Shown piece after piece: positions 13,069-24,055 of a stretch of 64,000 nt of DNA (positions are counted from its first letter, which is position 1; every line of letters starts with the position of its first letter). Location: positions 1,178,001 through 1,242,000 of the forward strand of contig CAIIXF020000001.1 in NCBI GenBank assembly GCA_903813345.2, given 5' to 3'. The notes under the pieces were generated by a model, which did no database searches, had not been told where the DNA came from, and saw only the letters and a list, made by a program, of their open reading frames with translations. The translations under genes and the position numbers were made by a program. Source of the stretch: Owenia fusiformis. Taxonomy: Eukaryota.

Positions 13069-14103
13069 TCACAGTTTCATAAAGTCTTCAAATTTCATGA
13101 ATTTGTATCCTATTCCATTTAGTCTTGACACTGGACTACCATTGAAATATTCTACATTGAACTCTGGGTGTTTCTTGGTGTCCTCTAGAATCTGCTTGAA
13201 TGCAGTTACGTGAACCACCTCATTGTTTGGAACATTATACACATCACCTTTCACTTGGTAATTTGAAAAGAAATAGTTTGAGTTGTTTTTAGGGGTTTCT
13301 TTCATGATAAGTGTCCCTCCTTTATGGCGTGTTGAACCATTGATGTATTCAACATAATTCATGTCAATTCCTAGGAGCAAAATCTTCTCATATCCTAAGT
13401 ATTGTCCAATCCTCGCAGCTAAAGCTCCTGTCGAGATCTCACGAGTCACTTTTACCATATTTTGGTCACTGGCTGCTTTAATGTTTTCATAAAATTTTAC
13501 TTTTGGATGATTTTTTAGTTGCGGATTTTCCTCAGCGATATTTGATCGAGTAAAAAATAGTTTCATGCCACGTTTTTCAGAGTTTTCAATCATATCCATT
13601 AGCTCCGGGATGTGTGCAATGTTAACAACAGTATCAAACGATGCATAATATGTCGGCCACCAATCAATCTGTTTCCAGTATCTAAAGGCTAAGTTCATTC
13701 CTAAGGTATCCACTCCTTTAGTCTTGAAGAAGTCAAATCCTTTCAGTGACGGCCCATTTCCAAACACAATAAGCTTCTTATATGAGCGACAATTTGCATC
13801 ATGGGGACTGAAACACCAGGAAGAACAATGGTGATTTTCTGCTCCATCTTTGGTACCTTCTACACACAATGGAGTGTCATTATTTGTGCACCAGCCGCAT
13901 TCCTGAGCACCCAGACACACTGTCTTGTGAACTATGGATTTACATATTCCTGCGGAGAATCTTAAACTGTCGGCCCTGAGAACCTTTTCAGGGGTTTTGA
14001 TTGATTCATCTTTTGGACCGAATAGTAAATACGACGCAAAGTTCAGTCCAAGTATTACTGCTAGCCCTGCTAGGAAATATTTTGTTTTCTTTGTCATTTT
14101 CAT
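13069..14103 (-). CDS. Type II membrane glycosyltransferase-like protein, copy 2 (344 aa), paralog of 4232-5263
   Basis: Uninterrupted ORF: basic tail MKMTKKTKY, TM segment FLAGLAVILGLNFASYLLF, the same 8 Cys, and a catalytic domain differing from copy 1 at only 4 of 236 residues. Confidence 0.87.
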   Translation of the reverse strand: MKMTKKTKYFLAGLAVILGLNFASYLLFGPKDESIKTPEKVLRADSLRFSAGICKSIVHKTVCLGAQECGWCTNNDTPLCVEGTKDGAENHHCSSWCFSPHDANCRSYKKLIVFGNGPSLKGFDFFKTKGVDTLGMNLAFRYWKQIDWWPTYYASFDTVVNIAHIPELMDMIENSEKRGMKLFFTRSNIAEENPQLKNHPKVKFYENIKAASDQNMVKVTREISTGALAARIGQYLGYEKILLLGIDMNYVEYINGSTRHKGGTLIMKETPKNNSNYFFSNYQVKGDVYNVPNNEVVHVTAFKQILEDTKKHPEFNVEYFNGSPVSRLNGIGYKFMKFEDFMKL

Positions 14104-14181
14104 TGTAAACTGTTATATCACTGCTAATGTCACTTTGCTGCTCAGCTATAATGTCACTAAGCTTCTTTATGCTGATGCATA

Positions 14182-14892
14182 CTGGGTATTTACCAAATTA
14201 AGCGTGACAGTTGAATGCATGGGGTAAGGTACAACACGAGGCTGATACGATTTGAACAAACTGATGTTTTCATTGTTTCAGAAAGTTTTGGTTTAGTTTC
14301 TAGATATTTTACAACATCTTAGACAGTGAACTTGACCATGAATTTTATAATTAAACCTACACAAACTCTCAATGTAGTATACGGTTGTGTTGTACCTCAC
14401 CGTTACCGTGCGTTATACCGTATACACATTGGGAATTTGTGAACATCTATAATATGAAAACATCAATTACAGTAAAATTTTAAATGTTTGGAACTACTTT
14501 GAATTTAAAAAATAAGCTATCAAAGGACCATATTTGAAGCAGTATATTTAAAAATAGAAACATTTATACATGTCCTAACTTTTGTATATTTTAGTTTGAT
14601 TTGTAGTTTAGCTATCATATCTGTGCCCTCTTATATTTTGATGCTTCTCTGCCATGTTATTTTCGGAAAAATTAACATGGCTGAAACTCCGTAAATTACA
14701 AAAGGCTACAGCTTTCCTGCACATTATACACACAACTATCCGAAATATACAATATAGTCATTTGATTGCTTATTTTTTAAATTCAAAGTAGTTCCTAACA
14801 TTTAGAATTTTACTTTAGCTCAAATTTCATTAACTTATGTTGTACCATACCCCGCACGTGCAACTGTCACACTTAATTTGGTACACACCCTG
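14182..14892. mobile_element. Tc1/mariner-like MITE with an internal inverted-repeat pair (about 14470-14535 / 14750-14815)
   Basis: About 55-bp TIRs TACCAAATTAAGCGTGACAGTTG..GGTACAACA / TGTTGTACC..CAACTGTCACACTTAATTTGGTA; left flank is TA. Confidence 0.75.
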
Positions 14893-17219
14893 TGATGCAG
14901 TTGAACCTAGAAACAAATCAGATACATTTTATTTGTTAAAACTGGATTTTTAGTGGTAAACTTTGGTTGAAAACATGGCCTGCAATTTTTGCTAAGCGCA
15001 ACATAAATTTAAGTCAGTGTGACATTGTTCAGCAACCAGTATTTCCAAATTTTAATAGGACTCTTCAATAAAAGCAAATAAAAAATACCATTTTGGGTTT
15101 AGCAATAATAAATGATTTATTCCATTATATTGAGAACTAATAATATTGTTCACAGAGATTTTGCTACACTGTTGAGATTTTTATGAATCCCAAATCTCGG
15201 CTTTTCAAATCAAAACAAAAAAAACTATTCATTTGCTGAGAATCAAGTATTGACAAAGAAATTTGTTATTTGTAACATTATGGCTTTAATGCATGAATAA
15301 CCACGGAATGTATGGTCTAGACTGCATATCCCTGGGATTGGTTCATAATCAAGGAAACAAATTAAACATATAGGAGATTATCTAGAAGTGTTAATTCAAA
15401 ACTGAAGTCTCTGTTATTGTATGGTTTTTTATCAATATAGCCCAGATTTAACATTTAAGTCTACTTTGTGAAGGTGTATTATAGGTGTTACTTATTTTTG
15501 TGAAATTCAAAATGGCCAATTTTGAAATCTATATATTATTTCTGAACCTCCATATTTCATGCTATTTTCAGATAGTACATGGAATGCTGATTATTTACAT
15601 GTGTTAAGTCTCTGAAACCTCCTTCTAATTTGTCTCTAGAGTAACATTGCTATACATAAGAAGATATTGTACATCTGAAGCATTAAGACAAACCTACTAT
15701 GAACGTTTTCATTTCTAACATTATTTCATAACCAAATAAATCTCTGATGATTTTTCTTATAATTAATCAATTGGGTGGCAAGGTGATTTACCCTGTTGAA
15801 ATTGACGTGTCACCTTGTTGAAAATATGCACTATGTCAAAAGTGTGACTTTTTTGTTATTTTGACCATTTTGTATGAAAAGGTAGAACATGTTGAGCAAA
15901 AATACATACCTGTCCTCTTTATTTGGCTTTGATCAAATAGTGAGCTTTGAATCGACTATCAGAATAAAATACTCTTTCAAACAACTCATATTTGCTTATA
16001 GAAATTTTTGTTTGGCATAAATAAGGCCATTCAAATTTTAATATAGTTTAGTAGTACCTCACTTCTATGCTTAAGCAAATTTTCAGAAAACAAACAAAAA
16101 TGTTTAGTGTATATTTACGTGTAATGAATTGAAATGACAAAAGAAACTTCAAAATTGTGATCTAAGATCATATGTACATGTATATATATTACAGTGAAGG
16201 GAGTTCTAAGATAGAAAATGTCATGTGTCTGAATTTCAGCTTCTGCTTCTACATTAAAAAGTTCATGTAAACTCCATGGTTGTGTCACTTTATCAATCTC
16301 TCTCTTTTGTGTTCTGATATTTTTACTATCGAATAATATAAAATCTCAATAGCAATATAATAAATAAAGTTTATTTTAATTTGTTTGTTTTTCACCTCCA
16401 ACCCTCCTAATATTCGGCCCTTCGTCAGGACAATAAACATGTAATTAACTTTAAATTGCCTAGGCAAAACTGATAAAAGATTGCACACAATGCTTTTTGT
16501 GAATGTAAATATTTATTCTGGAGTTGAATGAACTATTAAATGTAAATGCTGTGTTCACTGGTTTAGGAATACTGCATTTTGTTAGTAGCATGTATAGGAT
16601 TTGAAAGAGTATATGTAGGAGTTTTTGACTTATTCTGCCAATCCTTACCTCATTCAAATGCCAATCCCCAGCAAGCAGTGATCTTATTCTTTTTTTCTTT
16701 TTTTTAATAAATCTTTATTTTCACATATTATTTTACAGGTTATTAATGTTGTTTACTGTAGAAGGAGAGAGAGAGAGAGAATGGAAAAATTGATGATTTT
16801 TGTCACTTTATAAAATGATGATATTAACTTATGATTATTAGATAACACTTCTTCTATGAATATTATTTTGTCACGTTTGTCATATTGTCTAGTTTTTCAA
16901 TTAAAACAGCATTGGATTCTCACTGTGGAGAATTCACATGGAACTAGGGCCCTTTTACTCTCAGAATTTGTCATCTCAACTTATGGTCAGAAAACTTGAA
17001 AAATTGGAAATAATTATAAGTGTTTACTTTTATTGTTATGGCTGTTTTCAGGATGGGGATATTTTTAAAATAATCTAACATAGTTTACTTTTATAGTTAT
17101 GGCTATCTTCAGCATGGAAATAGGAAATATCTTTAGAATAACCTAATTTTGTTAACATTAATTGCTATGGGGAAATGTTTTTATTAAAGTAACCTAACAT
17201 TGTTGACTTTTATTTTCAG

Positions 17220-17315
17220 GATGGGGCTACTCCACTATTCAAGGCCAGCCACAAGGGACATGGAGATGTTGTGAAAGCATTACTAAAATATAAACCATCT
17301 CTACAGGTGCTACAG
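17220..17315 (+). CDS. ANKRD29: Ankyrin repeat protein (ANKRD29-like), third-from-last coding exon
   Basis: ttttcag acceptor and gtaatt donor; 96 nt, phase 0; DGATPLFKASHKGHGDVVKALLKYKPSLQVLQ is an ankyrin repeat resembling the ANKRD29 segment DGTTALLKAANKGYNDVIKELLKFSPTLGILK. Confidence 0.8.
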
Positions 17316-17573
17316 GTAATTAACAACTGCCTCTTTACTCTATTAGACAATTTGATTTTAATATTTCAGAATTTACATCTTCAATTTTCTTACAAGTTAA
17401 GACAATTTTAAGACAATAATATGACATGTAAAAACTCCATGTGAAACAATTGGATACTTTCGAAATTACAAATGCTTAAAAAACTTTCAACAACAGAGTG
17501 TCCCAAAAATGTGAGATCCAGTTGGACAATCTTTATCTTATTTTGCGATATACAATAAAAATTGAACCTTATT

Positions 17574-17930
17574 CACGGGGGTAAAGCAGACCCGATGATT
17601 CAATGAGCTTGCTCGGCAGTATCATGACTGTGTAACGGGTCTTGATGTATAAGTGAGCTCGGCGGTAGGTTCAAACAATGCGGATCCTCAAAGCATGTGT
17701 TCATGGTATTATCGTGGCTTAACACCAGTGGTAAAGAGCTGTAAAGTTAACGTAATTTTGGATTATTGCACCTCACGGGGGTAAAGCAGACCCGATGATA
17801 CAATGAGCTTGCTCGGCGGTATCATGACTGTGTAACGGGTCTTGATGTATAAGTGAGCTCGGCGGTAGGTTCAAACAATGCGGATCCTCAAAGCATATGC
17901 TCATGGTATCATCGTGGCTTAACACTCGTG
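17574..17930. mobile_element. Dimeric 157-bp element with a 43-bp spacer and 5-bp TSD
   Basis: Units 17574-17730 and 17774-17930 are nearly identical; each begins CAC and ends GTG with imperfect TIRs; TTATT flanks both sides. Confidence 0.7.
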
Positions 17931-18437
17931 TTATTCAGTATCTTTCTGTCTCATATTATTCCGAGCCATATTGACTCATACTTTATGAATATTCAACGAA
18001 ACAAAGAGATCTGAACAAAAATACATATATAAAATTTTTATAAAACTCTAAATAGTTTTTGAGGTTAATTTGATAAAACCTAATGATGCTGCCTATAATA
18101 CACTGATCAGTGTGATTCTATGTTTTTTTATATGTACAGTAAATCAAGAATTTTTGAAAATTTTGTACTGTTGAGGGGGATGTGTGACATTGTGTTTATT
18201 CACAAGTGATATTCCCGATGTTCAAAAGGCAAACATAACACATTGAGATATAATAACAACACTTATTAAGGATACTGACATCATAAGCCAGTCACAAAAA
18301 GACAAAAAAAAACACAATATGTCAGCATCTTGTCATGGTGGTGACATATTTGTGGTGACAGTAAACTAAATAAATGAGTATAATACTTAAATGAATATAC
18401 AATCTACAGTATAATCCTGTAAAATCTTGTTTTTTAG

Positions 18438-18536
18438 AATGGGGAAACTGCTCTCCACGCCTCAGCCCTGTTTGGACATCTACATGTTGTAAGAGAACTG
18501 GTAGAAGGAGGGACAGATATCAAAATCAAAAATAAA
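18438..18536 (+). CDS. ANKRD29: ANKRD29-like, penultimate coding exon
   Basis: tttttag acceptor and gtaagc donor; 99 nt = one 33-aa ankyrin repeat, NGETALHASALFGHLHVVRELVEGGTDIKIKNK. Confidence 0.82.
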
Positions 18537-19238
18537 GTAAGCAAACGTGACAGTTGGATTTGACTGGCTTTAATTACAATTCATTCTCTTTGCTTTACAC
18601 GACTCAGATGGTTTTCTTAAAGCTATTCCTATTGCTTTAAGAAACTAGATATTTATGAGAAATTATATATTATGAGTTTAGACAAAAACGCTAATTAGCC
18701 ACTAAAGGAGAAAAGCTTGAGATTGCTGAATAGATTCATATAATGCAGTATATGATTCTGTATATGTTTGTTTCTGTCAGTTGTAGGCATTTGTTCTCAC
18801 TATTTTTGCACTTCTATTCATTGATTGAATGGATATTAGTTACAATTAATCAAGGCTTGAAACTCACCAAAAGAACAGTAAAACCTGTCTTAGTGAACAC
18901 TTATCTCTTGCAAATATCTCTCTCTTGTGGACACCCTTCCTCCACACATACTCTTAGATCTCTCTATAAATTTCCCTCTCTGTAGTGAACACCTACCAAC
19001 ACTAAATTCCTGGCAAAAAATATTCAATAACACAGATTTTACTATATTTGCTACCAGACTTCAAAGAATAACTACCTGTAATTCCCAATGGTATCGCTGT
19101 TTATGCTACCTGTAATTTCCATGGTAGTTATTTGTGCTACCTGTCTTGGAAGTTTGGTTTTAAGGCATAACATCACCCAAGTGCTAGGTATGACTGAATA
19201 ATAATGAATTTTAAACTATAAGATGCATTTTCTTACAG

Positions 19239-19334
19239 GATGGCCAAACTGCGGCAGATTTAGCTCGAGAAGCTGGCTTTGACCACATTTACTTCTACCT
19301 CGAGAATCCAGATGGAAAAGCAACGTCAGCATAA
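19239..19334 (+). CDS. ANKRD29: ANKRD29-like, terminal coding exon
   Basis: ttacag acceptor; DGQTAADLAREAGFDHIYFYLENPDGKATSA* (capping half repeat); an AATAAA lies downstream near 20884. Confidence 0.8.
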   Translation, partial: DGQTAADLAREAGFDHIYFYLENPDGKATSA

Positions 19335-22096
19335 CCACCAACACCAAACGAGATTATACGACAAGACTGTTTATGAGAAATATGCAAATGAAATGTATGG
19401 TGATATGTGTCTATAACTCAATTATGAGAATTTGTTATTGGTGTAAGCATGGGGTTGTAGACTTAACTGTTGCTATTGTACGCTAATATGAGATTTGTTA
19501 TTGTTGTAAGGATGAAGGCTGACATGTGTCCCAATCACTTTTTCCGTGTCAATCGAAACTAAAAAATAAGTAATCACAAGACACAGTGCAATAAATGATA
19601 GAAAAATACATTCATCTTTTTGCATCTAAAATATGGATACATTTTTCATAGGACATTGCACAGTTGTCCTATTTGCTTATTTCTAAGTTTGATTAATGCA
19701 CCAAAAATGATTTGGAATATCTACTCTAATATGAGAATTTGTTATTGATGTAAGCATGGAGGTGTAGACTTGTCTATAGCTCACTATTATGAGAATTTGT
19801 AATTGATGTAAGCATGGGGAAATGTCAAGGAAATTACTTTTGTGTATAATAATGACATTATGCAAGAATAGAGCATTAGGCTAATGGGTGTTGGTATTAT
19901 CGTTCTTTTCTCTCAAGATATGAATTAAACTTGCTTTTTTATTTATATATAATATGAACTGGTCGAATATTATTTCATGAATGTGATGAAATGACTTGTG
20001 CAATGAATTGTAACTACATGTATGTGCAAATGTTTCTGAATAAATTGCTATTTATGTATTTTTATTTGCCATACTATCATGATATAGCATTGAAAAACAA
20101 TTATGTGATATTTTTTATGCAGCTGTCACAAAATTGATTCAGAAAGAGATCTCTTCATCAAATTACATCCTTCTTCTACAAATATGAAATTCTTTCATTA
20201 GAGATCTTTGGTAGATGGCTTATACATGTTACATAATGACATTTACAATCAGCTTTGAGGACGGACATGTTTAACATGTTTTTAGTTGAAACGCCATCTT
20301 ACGATTTATGATACACCAGGACAAAGCAATGAGTAGATGAAGTTTTTTATGTAATTTATTTTCTCATGGTAACTTTGATTTTGCATTCTTTGAGACTAAC
20401 ATGTAATTCCCAAGATTTTCCTTAATCCATTTGTACCAAGAAAACAAGTTCCCCTTTCTCCAATTGCTTTTGTAAACTGAATTTATAAAATTTCCTTTAA
20501 TGTTCCATATGCATATTTTGTAATATTTGCATCAATTTTTTTGTACTGTATGTAAATTATCTAATTATTATACATTATTTATGGAAACACCATTCTCCAT
20601 ATTATTTGTAAAAATAATTGTGCTTGATTGCTTACATGTGCATGTGTAGTATGTGATATTATTGGCATTCATATTGCACAACAAAATATCCAATATTTTC
20701 TCTACACAATGCCATAAGTGACAAGCATTTGTTTCACTGGTATCTACTATAACCAACATGTTGTATATAATAGTTCTTAAAATTATCATGGATTTCTGCA
20801 TATTAGACAATGTTTAAATCCTGTCTGTACTGTGTATTGTATTGTATTGTATTATATTGAGGCACACATAAGACTAGTTTCTCAATAAAGATCTGATGGA
20901 AAACAACAAAATCACTTGTGTTAAATTCTGAATTTATATTTACATAAAGACAATACATGTATAATATACACAAAAAAGTAAAAACAATTTTTAAGTAAAA
21001 ATATATATATATATTTGTAGACCTCTGGAAGGACTACACAAGATAATTATTTAGCAATGTCTACATGTATGGTAGTTCCTACAAATATTTTCAAATAGTT
21101 TAATGTCTTCTTCCTAAGTAGAAGCAGTACCTAAAGTGTAAGGCCTGAGTAAGTTAACAAATCGTTAAACATTCATGTGTGTCCCTAACTCTGTTCTACT
21201 TTTCTCCAAAACTCTACTCAAAACGTTTATCGACAGAATCAGAAATCTATTTTTTCAGAGAAAAAAATGAGTAAACAAGACTGGATCAAGGTTGAATGAA
21301 AAAGTAGAAAATGTTAAAAAATCATGATGTGTTTAACACTTTATTGACTACCCTGGCCTAAGAACATAAATTAGGAAAGTAAATATCTCAACACAACGTA
21401 AATTCTAATACAGAATGACAATGAGCTTTCACAAATTAATTTTACATATTATAATTATTTGGTTCATTCATTTTTTCTAGTGCATAATAATTACATTCAT
21501 TTGCTTTCAGTCATTAAATAAATATACAGTAAAACCTGTCTAAATAAACAATACAGTAGCTGGCCAGAACTCTTAACACTTGCAGGCATTCACATGAATA
21601 GGTTTTGATGGAACAAACACTGCAAAAGTAGATGAACAAAAACAGATTCACATTTCAGGGTGTTCCTTGGTTTCTGAGGTGTTCACATACACAGGGTTAT
21701 CTATACCTTGGATATACTTCTCTTGGTTTCACTTTTATGTACAAAGCATTTTAAATGTGGTTACATATAGGAACAGCTAATAGTGATCCTACCTCCAGTC
21801 TGACATAATATACTGCATAACTTAATCATGAATATCACATATCTGGAGATCATATCAGATACATGATATCATATCATTTTCAGATGTTTGATTTTATTTC
21901 CAGTCATAACTTTTATTTTGGCATTTTGTATAAAAAATATCCGAGATATTTCAAAATTCTTCATTGCTATATCCATGAAACATCTGAGTCACTTGATTGG
22001 TTAGTTGTAGTCTTATAAGTGATGTTTTTCAAATTGGATTTGGCCATTTACAAAGTATGGATTGTTTTACTGTTGAATATAAGAGTGTTTGGTCGT

Positions 22097-22151
22097 TTAC
22101 CAGTCAGGGATTGAGTGATCCATCAACTTCTTAACTAGACTGTTCCCCATA
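22097..22151 (-). CDS. SDCBP: Syntenin-1 terminal coding exon
   Basis: (C)MGNSLVKKLMDHSIPDW*, matching the syntenin C-terminus (human LMDHTIPEV). The six exons sum to 918 nt = 305 aa + stop. Confidence 0.92.
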
Positions 22152-22868
22152 CTGAAAATAGATGCAGATGTATTCAGATGCATAGTCCAGACACAAGTTT
22201 GTGGCTAGGAATATAAAAATATTAATGAAATGAATGTTCAAATATAATATGGTTTTATAACAATTATTAGCTTCATGAATATATTTAAGGAATAAAGACA
22301 TGATTTCGGTCTTTTAACAATGAACAGAATAAAATTTGAGGTCATATATTTGACATAAATCATAAAATCAAGTTCTTTGTTACGATTCTAATATGATACA
22401 CAGACAAGAAACACGACTATTTGCATTTATGAATTTTAGCGGTCATACATACTCCAATATAGACCAGTAAATCAATTGTTCAAGCAGTGTGAGGTCATGT
22501 ATCATGTTAGAATCATGAATACTGATTGGACAATGATTTAATGACGAAATGAAGACAATATTTGATGAATTCACTGCTACTGCCCTACTAAACTTTCATT
22601 TTATTGTATTCAAAGACTGCAGTGACTTGTACTGCAAGACCATTATAGAGTCTAAGTTAGTACATGTATCTCTCAAAAGATTTACAATTTTGTTTGACGA
22701 AAGACAATATTATTAAAACTGCTACTGCCCTACTAAACTTTCATTTTACTGTATTCAAAGACTGCAAGACCATTAAAGAGTCCAAGTTAGTACATGTATC
22801 TCTCAAAAGATAAGTTATGATATAAAAATTAATTTTTTTAATTAACAATTTTGTTTGATGGAACTTAC

Positions 22869-22960
22869 CATTTGATGATGTGCTCATATATGAAACTTGG
22901 CATGATTGTGATAGTGATACACTCTGGACCAGAACGGATCAGTTCACGCGTGTCTTCATC
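22869..22960 (-). CDS. SDCBP: Syntenin-1 coding exon 5
   Basis: DEDTRELIRSGPECITITIMPSFIYEHIIK; 92 nt; donor gtaagt. Confidence 0.9.
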
Positions 22961-23192
22961 CTGCATGCAGAAAATTAATACTCCATATACAATACAGTTA
23001 GTTTAACCATTGATTTTTGAGCAGTAAAAAGCTGCTATTGGACTACAGAATAAAAATCTTTATTGTTTGATACAACAAGTAAAAAATATTGTATCATAAA
23101 ATCAAGGCATTTACATGCAAAATGTCAACACCGAACACCTGACATTTGTTTTTGTTAAAGATGCCTAATACCAAACGCCGACCACTAGACGC

Positions 23193-24055
23193 CAGAGATC
23201 ACGGTAGAGGTTCGCCATTCGCCAATCGCGAATTTTCGAAAGAGGTGGCGAAAAATATGTAAAGGTATTTCGCAGTTATGGCGAATTAGAGGTGTCACGG
23301 TTTCCCGATATTGGACCAAATTTCGAGTTCGGGACATGGGACAGAAAGGGTTAATATCGGTTCATAGATTCCTTCCCTAAAATGCATAAAAACGTGTATA
23401 AATAGCGAGGAACACCTCCGATTTCGTTCTGAAAAATTAAATATTTTCACTTACCTCGTACCTAGATTACACTTCTTTGCATTGAAAAGTGTTATTAACG
23501 GACCCGCGATTTCAGGTAGATGGTAATACTTGTTCGTAAATTTCTTCATCGTCGTTCGCAAATCGAGTGCATCATCAGTATGCAGGATGTAGGAAAGAAA
23601 TTGAAAAATCGAGCCGGCATCTAAGTCGAAAAAGTCGCCAGTTTGGAAGTATTTTGGGACTCCGATATGACAAGGTAAACGAATTGGTGATATCACACCA
23701 TGCAGACTATGTGAAATGCCGATCACATTCGCGGCAGATGCTTTACATTCAATTTTAATTGACGTTTTTTTATTTCTGAATAAGATTTTGAAAAGTGAAA
23801 CTGAAAGTGAAACTGTCATCATCAGACATTGCACCATTTTTAATGTTCTGTCCCGTCCCGTCCCGAAAGTACCGTGTCGAGACCATTTGTACCGTTCCGT
23901 ACCGTACGGAAATTTTCTTGGACCGTGACACCTCTATTGCGAATTCCCTTTTTACGGTTTTTCAAAATGGCTAATTCATATTTTAGTTGGCTAAAAAAAT
24001 TTTGGAAGATTTAGCCACAATGGCTAACAAGTTTTTTCAACTATCGTGATCTCTG
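23193..24055. mobile_element. hAT-type MITE (outer) in a syntenin intron
   Basis: TIRs CAGAGATCACGGTAG / CTATCGTGATCTCTG; perfect 8-bp TSD CTAGACGC (23185-23192, 24056-24063). Confidence 0.9.
23287..23936. mobile_element. hAT-type MITE (inner, nested)
   Basis: TIRs TAGAGGTGTCACGGT / ACCGTGACACCTCTA; 8-bp TSD TGGCGAAT / TTGCGAAT (1 mismatch). Confidence 0.88.

Noticed and set aside
4232-14103. Bacterial contamination as the source of the GT42/DUF115-like ORFs
   Set aside because: They are embedded among eukaryotic TEs, carry a eukaryotic TM+PSI N-terminus, show no operon context, and are contiguous with intron-containing genes. Long-read confirmation is still advisable.
17574-17930. Hammerhead ribozyme / retrozyme
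   Set aside because: Only CCGATGA, not CTGANGA, is present and I found no properly placed GAAA core on either strand.
23451-23928. 128-aa and overlapping ORFs
   Set aside because: They lie inside a nested hAT MITE and have no transposase motifs.
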